A stretch of 63,801 bases of DNA, counting the filler, from Octopus bimaculoides (taxonomy: Eukaryota), in NCBI RefSeq assembly GCF_001194135.2. It is 5 parts of 4 records of this genome, joined end to end, with 100 filler letters (N's around TTAATTAATTAA, not from the genome) between each part and the next. Parts side by side here need not be neighbours in the genome. Positions count along the whole stretch, not along the records: positions 13,506 to 40,670 come from NC_069008.1; positions 40,771 to 51,171 come from NC_068998.1; 3 more parts are not named here. The stretch is one strand, 5' to 3'. Positions 35,190 through 47,364 of this stretch are shown here, in pieces; position 1 is the first letter of the stretch, and every line of letters begins with the position of its first letter. The translations under genes were made by a program, and so were the position numbers. Under the pieces are notes generated by a model. That model saw only the letters and a list, made by a program, of their open reading frames with translations, had not been told where the DNA came from and did no database searches.

Positions 35190-35504
35190 TGTCAAAAAAA
35201 CACTATGAGCTTGCTTGTGGTTGAGCTGTGAGTTTCTTGCCAAAAACAGTATCCTATCATTTCCCCCCCCCCCATTCACCACATTTAGCATCTGTAGACT
35301 TCCATCTCTTCTCCAACATTAAAATGCAGCTCAAAGGTTACTGTTTCAACACCATTGTTGGAGAAAGAGCAAATCGCAGAAGGTCCTTGACTCGTAGAAA
35401 ACGACGGGATTCCAAAAGTGGAGGAATGCTGGGACTGCTTGTATTGTTGTGCAAGGTGACTATTTCGAAGGGGTAGTCTGGGAACTTCTTGATATCTGCT
35501 TGTA
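35190..35504 (+). mobile_element. Mariner transposase C-terminal remnant with right TIR
   Basis: EFLAKN...PPHSPHLASVDFHLFSNIKMQLKG...CIVVQGDYFEG (YSPDLAPxD motif). The terminus reverse-complements to TACAAGCAGATATCAAGAAGTTCCCAGACT, a mariner-like TIR. Confidence 0.85.
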
Positions 35505-36224
35505 AGTACTGGGGGTCGATTCATTTGACTAAAAATTCTTCAAGGTAGTGCTCTAGCATGGCTGAGGTCTAATTAAGGAATGAAACGAGTAAAAGACGAA
35601 AGGTATCTGTGTACATTTGTTTGTTGATGTTGTGGCTGTTGGTCCTTTGCTCTCAGAGGTCTATGGGACAAAAGTGAAAATCACTTGAAAAACAGGGGTG
35701 GGGAATGGTGACAGGGAGGACATCCAGAGACTGACTCTTTCCCCCACCTCTCTCCTCCAAAATCCTGCTTTGAGATAAATTGTCCTGTCCCCGAACCCAG
35801 GCTAACACAGAAAATAGAAAAACAATTAAACAAGACAGAGAAATGTTCCTCTATGTAGCAAGTGGTGGTGGTGGTGGTGGGGGTCTCTCTTTTCTCTCTT
35901 GCCCCCCTCACTTTTCTACTACTACCACTACTACTACTATCATTATCAATGCTACTACCACCACCACTATTATTACTACCTGTGTGATGCAGAAACACAC
36001 ACACACACACACACACATGCTCACCCTCGATACCTGAGGCTTAGGCTGTCCCACATTTAAATCACAGAAGTTAAGCATTTGTGTGTTGTGTTTCTATTGT
36101 GTGCGTGTTCCTCCCCCACCCACCCTGCCTTCCGGTTGAATAATTGGGTTGTTTTGAAAAGGTTTGTTCAGCTAGCTTGTCACACTTGACACAGTGATGG
36201 AGAGACAGACAAGGGAAAAGCATA

Positions 36225-36256
<32 letters not shown>

Positions 36257-37130
36257 CATNNNNNNNNNNNNNNNNNNNNNNNNNNNNNNNNNNNNNNNNN
36301 NNNNNNNNNNNNNNNNNNNNNNNNNNNNNNNNNNNNNNNNNNNNNNNNNNNNNNNNNNNNNNNNNNNNNNNNNNNNNNNNNNNNNNNNNNNNNNNNNNNN
36401 NNNNNNNNNNNNNNNNNNNNNNNNNNNNNNNNNNNNNNNNNNNNNNNNNNNNNNNNNNNNNNNNNNNNNNNNNNNNNNNNNNNNNNNNNNNNNNNNNNNN
36501 NNNNNNNNNNNNNNNNNNNNNNNNNNNNNNNNNNNNNNNNNNNNNNNNNNNNNNNNNNNNNNNNNNNNNNNNNNNNNNNNNNNNNNNNNNNNNNNNNNNN
36601 NNNNNNNNNNNNNNNNNNNNNNNNNNNNNNNNNNNNNNNNNNNNNNNNNNNNNNNNNNNNNNNNNNNNNNNNNNNNNNNNNNNNNNNNNNNNNNNNNNNN
36701 NNNNNNNNNNNNNNNNNNNNNNNNNNNNNNNNNNNNNNNNNNNNNNNNNNNNNNNNNNNNNNNNNNNNNNNNNNNNNNNNNNNNNNNNNNNNNNNNNNNN
36801 NNNNNNNNNNNNNNNNNNNNNNNNNNNNNNNNNNNNNNNNNNNNNNNNNNNNNNNNNNNNNNNNNNNNNNNNNNNNNNNNNNNNNNNNNNNNNNNNNNNN
36901 NNNNNNNNNNNNNNNNNNNNNNNNNNNNNNNNNNNNNNNNNNNNNNNNNNNNNNNNNNNNNNNNNNNNNNNNNNNNNNNNNNNNNNNNNNNNNNNNNNNN
37001 NNNNNNNNNNNNNNNNNNNNNNNNNNNNNNNNNNNNNNNNNNNNNNNNNNNNNNNNNNNNNNNNNNNNNNNNNNNNNNNNNNNNNNNNNNNNNNNNNNNN
37101 NNNNNNNNNNNNNNNNNNNNNNNNNNNNNN

Positions 37131-37164
<34 letters not shown>

Positions 37165-37265
37165 TATACAAACATATGATTATAGATATACACACATACA
37201 TGCGCACACACACACACACTCATGTATTTGTCATCCTGCTAGCATATTGTTAAATGTGTATATAT

Positions 37266-37501
37266 GTGTTATTTCTTTACTGCCCACAAAGGGCTACACA
37301 CAGAGGGGACAAACAAGGACAGACAAACGGATTAAGTCGATTATACCGACCACAGTGCGTAACTGGTACTTATTTAATCGACCCCGAAAGGATGAAAGGC
37401 AAAGTCGACCTCGGCGGAATTTGAACTCAGAACCTAACGGCAGATGAAATACCGCTAAGCATTTCGCCCGGCGTGCTAACGATTCTGCCAGTTCGCCGCC
37501 T
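37266..37501 (-). mobile_element. Young family A SINE, full length
   Basis: Nearly the reverse complement of 62483-62700; CpGs retained. Confidence 0.9.
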
Positions 37502-37720
37502 TATTATATACACATATGTGTATATATGTGCGTGTGTGTGTGTGTGTGATACACACACAAATGTAGAGTAGGATCTCACCTTCTGACTCGATATCACATT
37601 GTGTGTGTGTGTGTATATACACCACACGCACACACACACACACACACACACACTCTGTCCTCTTTTTCAAATATGTGCAGATTACTAAACAAGGCTGTAC
37701 ACTTCCTGTTTTTAATAAAG

Positions 37721-37812
<92 letters not shown>

Positions 37813-38019
37813 ACCTTCTCAGTCACTCATTGATATAACAAATATTATTCTTATCTTTGTCAGGAAGTTCTTTAATCTCTCTACTTATATATGTGTGTGT
37901 GTGTGTGTGCCTGTATATATGTGTGTGTTTCTGTACGTGTTTGTATGTCCTTGTATATGTATGAGTGTATGTATGCATGTTTACATGTAGCTGCATCTTC
38001 ATCATCTTCCTCGTCGTTT

Positions 38020-38170
38020 AGTGAACCCACATGGCTCAGTGGGTTGAGTACAAGTTGAGTATTTGGCTCAAGATCTTAGTCACGAGTTCAATCCCCTAGC
38101 AGCACGCTTATGTCCTTGAGCAAGGCGCTTCATTTCACATTGCTCCAGTCCACACACCTGGCAAAAATGT
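38020..38170 (+). mobile_element. CORE-like tRNA SINE 5' part
   Basis: TGGCTCAGTGG...GAGTTCAATCCC...TGTCCTTGAGCAAGGCGCTTCATTTCACATTGCTCCAGTCCAC. Confidence 0.75.
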
Positions 38171-38321
38171 ATCTCTTTTGCATTCATGTTTTAACAGTTT
38201 AGATTTTAATTATAAAAAAATATGAAACCATTATTCTATGCTAATTTAGTTAATTTTGTCAAGCTCCCTTTTTAGTTTGTAATTGCTCTTATTTATTTAT
38301 TTTTTTTTTTTTTTTACCAAA

Positions 38322-38665
38322 ATCTGGAGGCCCTGAGACTTCTGTGACTGTAAAAAACGAGATGTTAGTGGCTGTGATATTTGAACAGTCCAAAAGAAGT
38401 CCACACAATCTGCTTCTCTAGAACTATCCATATTTAGAACATCACTGCAACGCCTAATGCATAAGCTGAAGTTAAAACCTTTCCGTCCGTCACTGGAATA
38501 TGGTGTCTGAGAGTTCTGAAGACGTCTGAAGAATGTTGCAACGTTGAAGGAGAACATTTTGAGCATCTGAGAGATTAACCGTTGTTTAAGATGTGCATAA
38601 ACGATATGATTGTAACATAGAAATTTAAATGTAATAAAATGATTTAAAAGAAACTGACCCTTTAT
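38322..38665 (+). mobile_element. Internally deleted Tc1/mariner element (HTH fused to C-terminus)
   Basis: SGGPETSVTVKNE..VAVIFEQS / KSTQSASLELSIFRTSLQRLMHKLKLKPFRP is joined directly to ECCNVEGEHFEHL; the GxHFEHL ending is typical of this transposase group. Confidence 0.75.
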
Positions 38666-39308
38666 TATCGTAATTGACCCTTTATTTTTTTGTTTTTTCT
38701 CTTTTTACAGAGGTCTGTCCAGAATGCTAGTAAAAGCCCTAAAGGACCCATATCGTCGTTGTCATCATTTAACATCCATTTTCCATGCTGGCATGGGTTG
38801 GACGGTTTGACCAGGGCTGTCAAGCTGCCCCAGGATCCAGTTACCTGGTTGGATGTGCTCCCTTCCAAGCACCTTCCAGAGTGGTGGTGTTAAAATGGTG
38901 ATGTATTAAATCTGCAAATATTCTTTAATCATTGATCATTTGGCTTAATCAGAAATTCTTAGCGATGAAATGTGAATTGTCAAATGTCCTCAGTCCACTT
39001 AGCTGTAAATATGTACCACGATGTAGAAAGAATTGGTGTCCATGGCCAAGACACTCATTTGCCCCAGCATGGTCAACAACTTGTGTCCAGAGCCAGGACA
39101 CTCGACTACTTCAGCAAGGCCACAGTCCACCTAGCTATAATTAGGTACCATGGCTGTCACGTCCTTTGTCCTTCTTATTTAAATGGGGAGAACAATTGTA
39201 TCAATGCCAGTACTTGTTATTTTTATTTCATCTGCCCCTGGTTGGGATAAATGTGAAGTTGATTTCACAGGATTTGAACTAAAATATAACATAGCATCGT
39301 GTTTGATC

Positions 39309-39522
39309 CAGGGCTGTGGAGTTGGAGTCAGAAGCAATTAAGGGGTAGCTGGAGTCAAAGTCAGTAAAACTATACCGACTCTGACTCACAATATCTTTAT
39401 TCTTTAATATAAACCAGTTGTAACATAGGGGCCTACGCAAAGTACAAGAGTACACATGCTTTATGAGAGATGTAGACCACAATCACTTAATTACATAAAG
39501 AGGAGTCGGGGGTGCCATAGTA
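39309..39522. mobile_element. Second, 3'-truncated copy of the 26833 hAT MITE
   Basis: CAGGGCTGTGGAGTTGGAGTCAGAAGCAATTAAGGG...CACAATATCTTTATTCTTTAATATAAACCAGTT aligns with 26833-27030; the right TIR is absent. Confidence 0.9.
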
Positions 39523-39787
39523 GAAATCTCAAAGCTATGAGACAATGCAGGAGTAATTTAAAATGCTGTAAATATGTAAGGGATGTGTATATTCACCATT
39601 ATTTCATTCAATTTTAGAAAAACTGAAGCATGTCTTTGACAATTTTGGTGTGTATTGAACTTATTTTATTTTGTGCATGACTTATCGCCAACACTGTATA
39701 TGTGTGCATGTATATGTAGTTAAAAATTACAGAAAAACAAGAGATGAAGACAGGTGTATTAGTTTGACGTTCGGGAAAGTGAGAAGG

Positions 39788-39825
39788 TCTTTTACATTTC
39801 AAGCATATGCTCTTCAGCAGAGTAG
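39788..39825 (-). ncRNA. Minimal HHR motif of Penelope type (decayed)
   Basis: Minus strand CTGCTGA-A-GAGC-atat-GCTT-GAAA-TGT-A-AAAGA; same family as 44356, with CG->TG changes at both CGAAACG CpGs. Confidence 0.6.
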
Positions 39826-39965
39826 GAGGTTAAAGGAGGATAAAATTGGGGTGACCACGAGAGAGCAGAATATATAGTTGAAATTTACAGAAGTGTGTGT
39901 GTATGTGTTGTGTATTTATGTGTTTATTAGTGTGTATATAGAGATATGACAATGCTAAAATGACC

Positions 39966-39996
<31 letters not shown>

Positions 39997-40670
39997 CGTA
40001 TTGCTTAATCTCTGTGTATGTATATGTGACTTTTGAGCCTGTCCGGCTTCACCCATTTCATCGTTGAAGCTGTCCTGTTCACCGTTCTTTAACAAGTAAC
40101 CATTTAGGTCGTGATGTTTGCAATTTTGGTATCCATACGAAACAAATTGCACTCGTCCCGGCCTGCATGAATGCTTCCAACATCCGAAGATCATCGAAAA
40201 GAAGATTTCTGGTGATGCCAACACCATCGGATTATTTTTAATTCATGTCATTCACAACGTATTGGTTTGCTCTGAAAACCCTGTTGGGATTCTGATTGAA
40301 ACGCAATTAGTACTGCAATAATAATCATAAATATGTTCAGAAATGTTTATTATTGCCTGAATTTGGATGAAACTTGATCTTTTATTCGTTTCAGGCATTT
40401 TGACTGCGGCCATGCTGGATCACCGCCTTTAGTTGAGCAAATCGACCCCAGGACTTATTCTTTGTAAGCCTAGTACTTATTCAATCGGTCTCTATACATC
40501 ATCATCATCGTTTAACGTCCGCTTTCCATGCTAGCATGGGTTGGACGACTTGACTGAGGACTCGTGAAACCGGATGGCAACACCAGGCTCCAATCTAAAT
40601 TTGGCAGAGTTTCTACAGCTAGATGCCCTTCCTAACGCCAACCACTCAGAGAGTGTAGTAGGTGCTTTTA

Positions 40671-40770
40671 NNNNNNNNNNNNNNNNNNNNNNNNNNNNNN
40701 NNNNNNNNNNNNNNTTAATTAATTAANNNNNNNNNNNNNNNNNNNNNNNNNNNNNNNNNNNNNNNNNNNN
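40671..40770. other. Artificial scaffold-joining spacer
   Basis: 44 N + TTAATTAATTAA + 44 N. Confidence 0.97.
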
Positions 40771-41077
40771 ATATATAGATATAGATATAGATATATATAT
40801 GTATATAAATATATATGTGTGTGTATACACACACACATACATTCACATAAATAGATACATACATATATATCCTGTACAATACGAATTCAGTTAATTGCTT
40901 GCACGCGCGTTCATACATACAGGCACTGCACGCACCTTCATAAATATACACACACCTGTATATATATTCACACATTACTCCCCCACCAACAAAAACACGC
41001 AGACACACAACACAGTCGTATACAAACACTACACGTATATTCACACAAATGAACACAGAGGGCGAGGCACACGCGTG

Positions 41078-41116
<39 letters not shown>

Positions 41117-41241
41117 ACATACTCATACACAGAGTGAGAGAGAGAGAGAGAGACGGAGAGGCTGTCCAGTATTTGATATTTAAGACTCCAAACAATGTAC
41201 TTCCGTTGAAAATTCTCGCCTGGAATTTCAGGACAGTCAAC

Positions 41242-41297
<56 letters not shown>

Positions 41298-41681
41298 TGG
41301 TAGTGGTAGTAAAAACAACTGCAATAAAGCACGCGCTTTGACATTCTAAAAATGCTAAACTTCCTTCCAAGTCAAAAACTAAAACAGCAACAACAACAAC
41401 ATAAAGGAAAACAATTGCGAAAAGTAACAACAACAACAACAATAGCAACAACAACAATGAGAGAAAAATAAACAATGAGCAAAACGTACAACCAGCCTCG
41501 TATGAAACACACAGACATTGATTATCTGAAAACAGGCATCGAAACACCCCTCATATATATATGTATGTATGTATGTACTCACATTAGCAATTCGCTAGAT
41601 CATCCATAGTTTTTTTTTATGGTGAAAACGTATATACTGACAGAGAATTCAGTCTGAAATCTGCCGAAGTAGAGCCATTCC

Positions 41682-41728
41682 TTACTGATGAGGCAACGGA
41701 AACTGCTGAAACTGACGGATCAGTGTAA
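41682..41728 (+). ncRNA. Type I hammerhead ribozyme motif
   Basis: TTA-CTGATGA-GGCA-acggaaac-TGCT-GAA-ACTGA-cgga-TCAGT-G-TAA. Intact core, 4-bp stem II, 5-bp stem III, stem I extendable with bulges; G at position 17 is non-canonical. Confidence 0.75.
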
Positions 41729-41990
41729 ACAATTCTCGATCGGTGTTTACTTGCAGTTATAGTCCCTGTCAGTGTATATGTACACAATTATTGCTTTGAC
41801 TACAGCATTAGAGCATTCTAACTCTTATTTCTAGCAATATTGGTGTTGCGTCTTTCTTGCGTCTATTGATAAGGTTGCAAGACGCAACGAAAATTTTAGG
41901 AAAATAAAAAGAAAAATAAGTGGGAATTTTAAAGGTGAGTGTGTTAAATTTTAAGGCACAATAAGAAAATGACTCTCCCCAGACACAACA

Positions 41991-42061
<71 letters not shown>

Positions 42062-42689
42062 CATGCATCTATACTCACACAAACATAACTACAAACACAC
42101 ATATATCTATAGATATACATATACATAGATAGGTATATATACACAGACATTTATATGCATATATATATACACATACATATATTTGTGCGAGTATGTATGT
42201 ATATGTGTGTAAATATATACGTATATATATATGTGTTTGTATATGTGTATACATGTATGTGTGTGTATGCATGTATGTATGTATATGTGCATGCTGTGTG
42301 TATTTATGCATATATGCGTGTATGTATAGTTAGGGAAGGGCTGTTGCCGGTGAAACCAACTTCCGCCCACAGCAGACAATAGCATTCACATTCTGACATG
42401 TATGACGGAGGAATGTTGGCATCGGGGTTCGAATTTCAGGAATTTATGTGTACTTTAAAAATGTACTTTAAAATGTGTTTCCGTGGAAAGGTGCATATGC
42501 ATGTTTGCATGTATGCATCTATGTATGTATGCATGCATATCTGTATATATGTATGCTTGTATGTATGTACATATCTATGTATGTATATATGTACGTTTGT
42601 ATGCATCCATGTATGCATTATCATTATACAAGCATAAACACACGCATGTATATACATATATGCATATTATTAAAATAATGAAGAAACGT

Positions 42690-42935
42690 GTGGAGGCGCG
42701 TGGCTTAGTGGTTAGGGTGTCGGCACTATGATCGTAAGATTGTGGTTTCAATTCCTGGACCGGGCGACGCATTGTGTTCTTGAGCAAAACACTTCATTTC
42801 ACGTTGCTCCAGTCCACTCAGCTTGCAAAAATGAATCACGCTGCGATGGACTGGCGTCTCGTCCAGCTGGGGAGCGCATACGCCATTGAAACCGGGAAAC
42901 CGGGCCCATGAGCCTGGATGGGCTTTAAAAGGGCG
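42690..42935 (+). mobile_element. tRNA SINE with CORE-like and V-domain-like modules
   Basis: TGGCTTAGTGGTTAGGG...GGTTTCAATTCC, then TGTGTTCTTGAGCAAAACACTT, then GCGATGGACTGGCGTCTCGTCCAG. Related fragments at 42962-43070 (+), 43385-43555 (-), 43680-43835 (-) and 29040-29205 (-). Confidence 0.8.
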
Positions 42936-44355
42936 CATTTATTTTTTATTATAATGAAGAAATGTGGGTTAGTGGTTAGCGTACTCAACTTACGATCACG
43001 AGGTTGTGGGTTCGATACTAAGCCCAGGCAGCTCATCCTATTTTTCAGCAAAATGCATGGTTTCACATTATTCCGTTTTACTCAACGGAGAGCTGTGCAC
43101 CAACATAGTGCTGTTGCAGCCCTTTCTTCTTTTGGCGTCTTTTTTACGTCCTGTACCCGGATATGCATCTATATATACATGTAGATGTAGGTATGTACAT
43201 ATATGTATGTATATATGCATATGCTCACATATCCTTTGTGCATATCGACCAAACTATCGGATATTGTTATTCGCAGCTGGTCACAATGCATTTTCACGCA
43301 TTGTTATAGCATTTAAGTAATGCCACCCAACTGGCTAGGTGGGCTGGTCTATGGCGCTTAAATGACCGTGATCACGATATTCTCCCTAAACGGGGCGCCA
43401 CTTTGTCGAACGTTTATTCATTAACAGTTGAATGGAGAGGTGCAACGGGAAATGAAGTGTTTTGCTTAACATAACGCACCGCATGTTCTGGGGATCGAAA
43501 CCACGATGTTGCGATCGTGAACGTAACACCCTAACCACTAGGCTACGCATCCTCACATACATACATACATACATACATACATACGTACGTACGTACGTAC
43601 ATGCATGCATGCGTGCATACACGTACGCACACGCACGTTCACGCACACACACATTTATGTATGTATAAATTAGTTATACATTTATACGGAAAAGGTAAAA
43701 GTGAAGCTACCTTCTCGAGTCATACCGATTCATAAGGGCCGGTTTTGCGGGTTCCATGGCTTCTAAAATCTCCACCTGGACGGGATGCCAGTCCATCGCA
43801 TTTTTCCCAGCTGAGTGGACTGGAGCAACGCGAAATACTATTTATATGTTGATGTATAGACATATATAGTTAGTGAGGCATAGCTTTGATATGGATAGGG
43901 TAGCGTTAAATTTCTCCCTCTCTGTAAAATCTTATTCGAGAAAATATGGGATCAATCAATATGCTTGATCACTGCTTCGCAGAATTTTGGAATTTGCCAG
44001 TCTATCCGAAACGTGCATAAGCTGATTAAATAAAGCATAATTCTTCGTTCTTTTGTGTTTCTTCACTATGCCCTGTGACCTTACATTAAATTTATCTGGC
44101 GTTTGAACTTTGAATTTACAAATAGGATAATCAGTGGAAAGTAATTTTATGGCCTAAGTAGAGTACAATGGTTTTTACTGGACAATTTAGTTAGCCAAGT
44201 TTTATCTCTACAGAGTGCTTATAAAGTATTCGCCTGGATTTTTAATTCCTTTAACTTCCGGTCAGCCATTGTTATGATCGGCCATTATTATGATTGACCG
44301 TTGACTGAACACTATTCAATTTTTTTTCTCCGTGTTTTTCTCCTTGTCTCCGTAT

Positions 44356-44392
44356 TCTTTCTGTTGAAGAGCGTAGTTCGAAACGTCAAAGA
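44356..44392 (+). ncRNA. Minimal HHR motif of Penelope type
   Basis: TCTTT-CTGTTGA-A-GAGC-gta-GTTC-GAA-ACGT-C-AAAGA. 5-bp stem I, 4-bp stem II, palindromic ACGT stem III, GUC triplet, A6->U. The surrounding 44320-44480 aligns with 39730-39850 (-). Confidence 0.7.
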
Positions 44393-44904
44393 CTTTCCGT
44401 ATTCCCGAGCGTCATACTAATATATACTTTTGTTATTTACACCACCTGTCCTCGTCTGTTGTTATTATTTGTATATTCTCCCATATATATATGCTTGTGC
44501 GTGTGTGTGTATGTGTGTGTACATATACACTCCCATGTCGTTCCATCTGGTATAAATTATATTGGCGAATTAAGAAATAATTTGAACAAATTGTCGCTTG
44601 AGTTTGCCCCTTCTTGTATGGACGGCTTCTATGGAAACATCATCATCATCATCATCATAATCATCATCACCATCACCATTACCATCGTGATCGTCCTCAT
44701 CGTGGTCGTTGTCGTCATCATCATCATCATCATGAATAGCAGCAGCATCGAGCTGACGTGGGAATCACTACCCGGTCGCTCGCCTTTACAAGAAATAGCA
44801 ACTAAATCTCTCCCCCCCCCTTTCTCTCTCTCTTATTACATGTTGCCGTTTTTAAAAAGGACACGTCACATAATGTAGTTCTACACAGACACCATAAAAG
44901 GTAA

Positions 44905-44929
<25 letters not shown>

Positions 44930-44936
<7 letters not shown>

Positions 44937-46069
44937 CTGAATATATTGGTTTATAAGTCTGATCGATCAGGATTCGCCTAGGGTTAAACAACAGCATCAA
45001 TAACAACAACAACAACAATAACATACGCACTATCCCTATTGTTACTACTGCCACCATCACCACAAACACCACCAATTACCACCATTAGCAACAACAATAT
45101 ATGCACAATTCCATTTATTACTACCACCACCACCACCCTCTCCACCACCTTCTCCACCACCCTCACCACCACCCACACCACCACCCTCTCCACCACTCTC
45201 ACCACCACCTTCTCCACCACCCTCACCACTCTCACCACCNNNNNNNNNNNNNNNNNNNNNNNNNNNNNNNNNNNNNNNNNNNNNNNNNNNNNNNNNNNNN
45301 NNNNNNNNNNNNNNNNNNNNNNNNNNNNNNNNNNNNNNNNNNNNNNNNNNNNNNNNNNNNNNNNNNNNNCCACCACTCGTACCTCCACGACCTCCACCAC
45401 CCTCTCTGCCACCACCACCACCACCACCACTATAACCCTCACCACCACAACCACCTCCAACAACACTGTCATCATCACCACTCTCTCCACCACCACCAAC
45501 ACCGTCGTCACCAATAACAACAACAACAACAACAGTTCTAGCACAACACCCGTAACAACATCCTGTCTCTCCTCTTCTATACTTCAGCATCACCTCAACC
45601 ACATCCACCACCACTACCACCACTACCACCACCACATACGACAACAACATCATGAAAACAAACAACAACAACAACAACAACTGAAGCATCATCTTCATCG
45701 TCATCACCGTCGTTAATCAACATCATCATCAGGATCATCACCACAACCATCATCATCATCATCATCATCGACACCACAGCAACCGTCACCACCCACTCCA
45801 CCATCATCACTACCACCACCACCAACAACAACAACAACAACACCAGCAGCACTATCAATCTACCCGAGATGCCATCCCAATTTGAACGCTGATATAGACA
45901 TACCTCTTCCGGTGTGTATGTACAGGGACAGGAAGCAGGGGTTGGAGATAGAATTTCGGGGGGGGATTTCTGGGTAATTAATATTGTCTTTGATGATGAT
46001 AATGAATGATGACGACAGCCAAAATGGTGTCGATGATGATGATGATGATGATGATGGTGATGGTGATGA

Positions 46070-46103
<34 letters not shown>

Positions 46104-46187
46104 GGTGGTGGTGGTGATGATTGATGATGATGATGATGACGATGGCCATGATGATTGATGATGATTGATGATGATGACGATGATGAC

Positions 46188-46224
<37 letters not shown>

Positions 46225-46239
46225 GATGATGATTGATGT

Positions 46240-46271
<32 letters not shown>

Positions 46272-46287
46272 GTGGTGGTGATGATGG

Positions 46288-46333
<46 letters not shown>

Positions 46334-46520
46334 GACGATGGCCATGATGATGATGGTAATGATGATGTGAAGAGGAGGGTCAGCAGGAGGAGGAGGAGGA
46401 GAACGTCGACGTCGATGAAGGAGAAAATAAGGGATGATAGATTACTTAATGATGATGATGATGATGGGATATTAATTATGTCTTTATCAAGGAAATAATA
46501 ATGATGACGACGACGAGGAG
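44930..46520. repeat. Compound trinucleotide region: (AAT)n, (CAA)n, CCA-rich minisatellite, (CAT)n, (GAT)n
   Basis: Direct inspection; accounts for the poly-T/H/D/V ORFs in the track. Confidence 0.92.
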
Positions 46521-46707
46521 GATGATGAACCGCATAACGAAGCGCTCAACTGTTCCTCGGACATAAAGTCGGTCCACTACTTCCGCATTACTGCCACTTG
46601 TCTCTCCCCCAGCCTCAGCCCTTCAGTCCTGGGGATGGGCTGCGGTTAAACAACAACAACAATAACAACCATCACAACTATATTACCCTCACACAACACA
46701 CATGTAT

Positions 46708-46755
<48 letters not shown>

Positions 46756-46989
46756 GGAGTGTTGAATCTTGAAGCACGTAAGCTCTAAATATTAACGTAA
46801 ATATTGGGTTAAGACAACCTTCATATGGAAAGGGTCGAAGTCTGCCCGTTGGTCACGAACCAACATCTCCAGTAAACATGACAGGCTTTCTACTATTGCA
46901 TCAAAGTAATCCTTAAAGTGTCTCTATCCATTTTTAGAAGCTTTATTCTTACCAGTAACAATGGTATGTTGTTAACAATACATACATAC

Positions 46990-47245
46990 ATGTAAAAATC
47001 TGTAAAATTTTCCAGAAGTTTATCATTTAAATATATATGAACATGTGTAGATATGCAACTATATGCATGAGAATACATACCTACCTACCTATCTACCTAC
47101 CTACCTACATACATACATACATACATACATACATACATAGAAAAATACCTTGTTGTTGATGTTGAGATTCCAATGAAGGAGCTTTGGATCTAGGTTAGAA
47201 ACCGGCTCTTTCTCTATTGGCAAGAAATCTTGAAATAAAATTGAA
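46990..47245 (+). mobile_element. Third R4/Dong-type 3' end plus the downstream ~100-bp module
   Basis: TGTAAAAATCTGTAAAATTTTCCAGAAGTTTATCATTTAAATATATAT...GCATGAGAATACATAC-(TACC/TACA)n-AAAAATAC...GAAATAAAA. Confidence 0.85.
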
Positions 47246-47295
47246 CAATGATACACATGCGCACGTACGTACGTACATATACACACATGTATGTA

Positions 47296-47358
<63 letters not shown>

Positions 47359-47364
47359 GACAGT

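Noticed and set aside
38709-38760. Strong + strand acceptor as the next exon of the candidate gene
   Set aside because: The frame runs straight into an RTE-tail repeat without a donor, and the polypyrimidine tract adjoins a transposon end.
40030-40320. GC-richer island with short ORFs on both strands
   Set aside because: No recognisable motif or convincing splice sites in any frame; left unassigned.
40553-40575. CTGAGGA...GAAAC hammerhead-like spacing
   Set aside because: No stem II, III or I pairing; lies inside an RTE-tail repeat.
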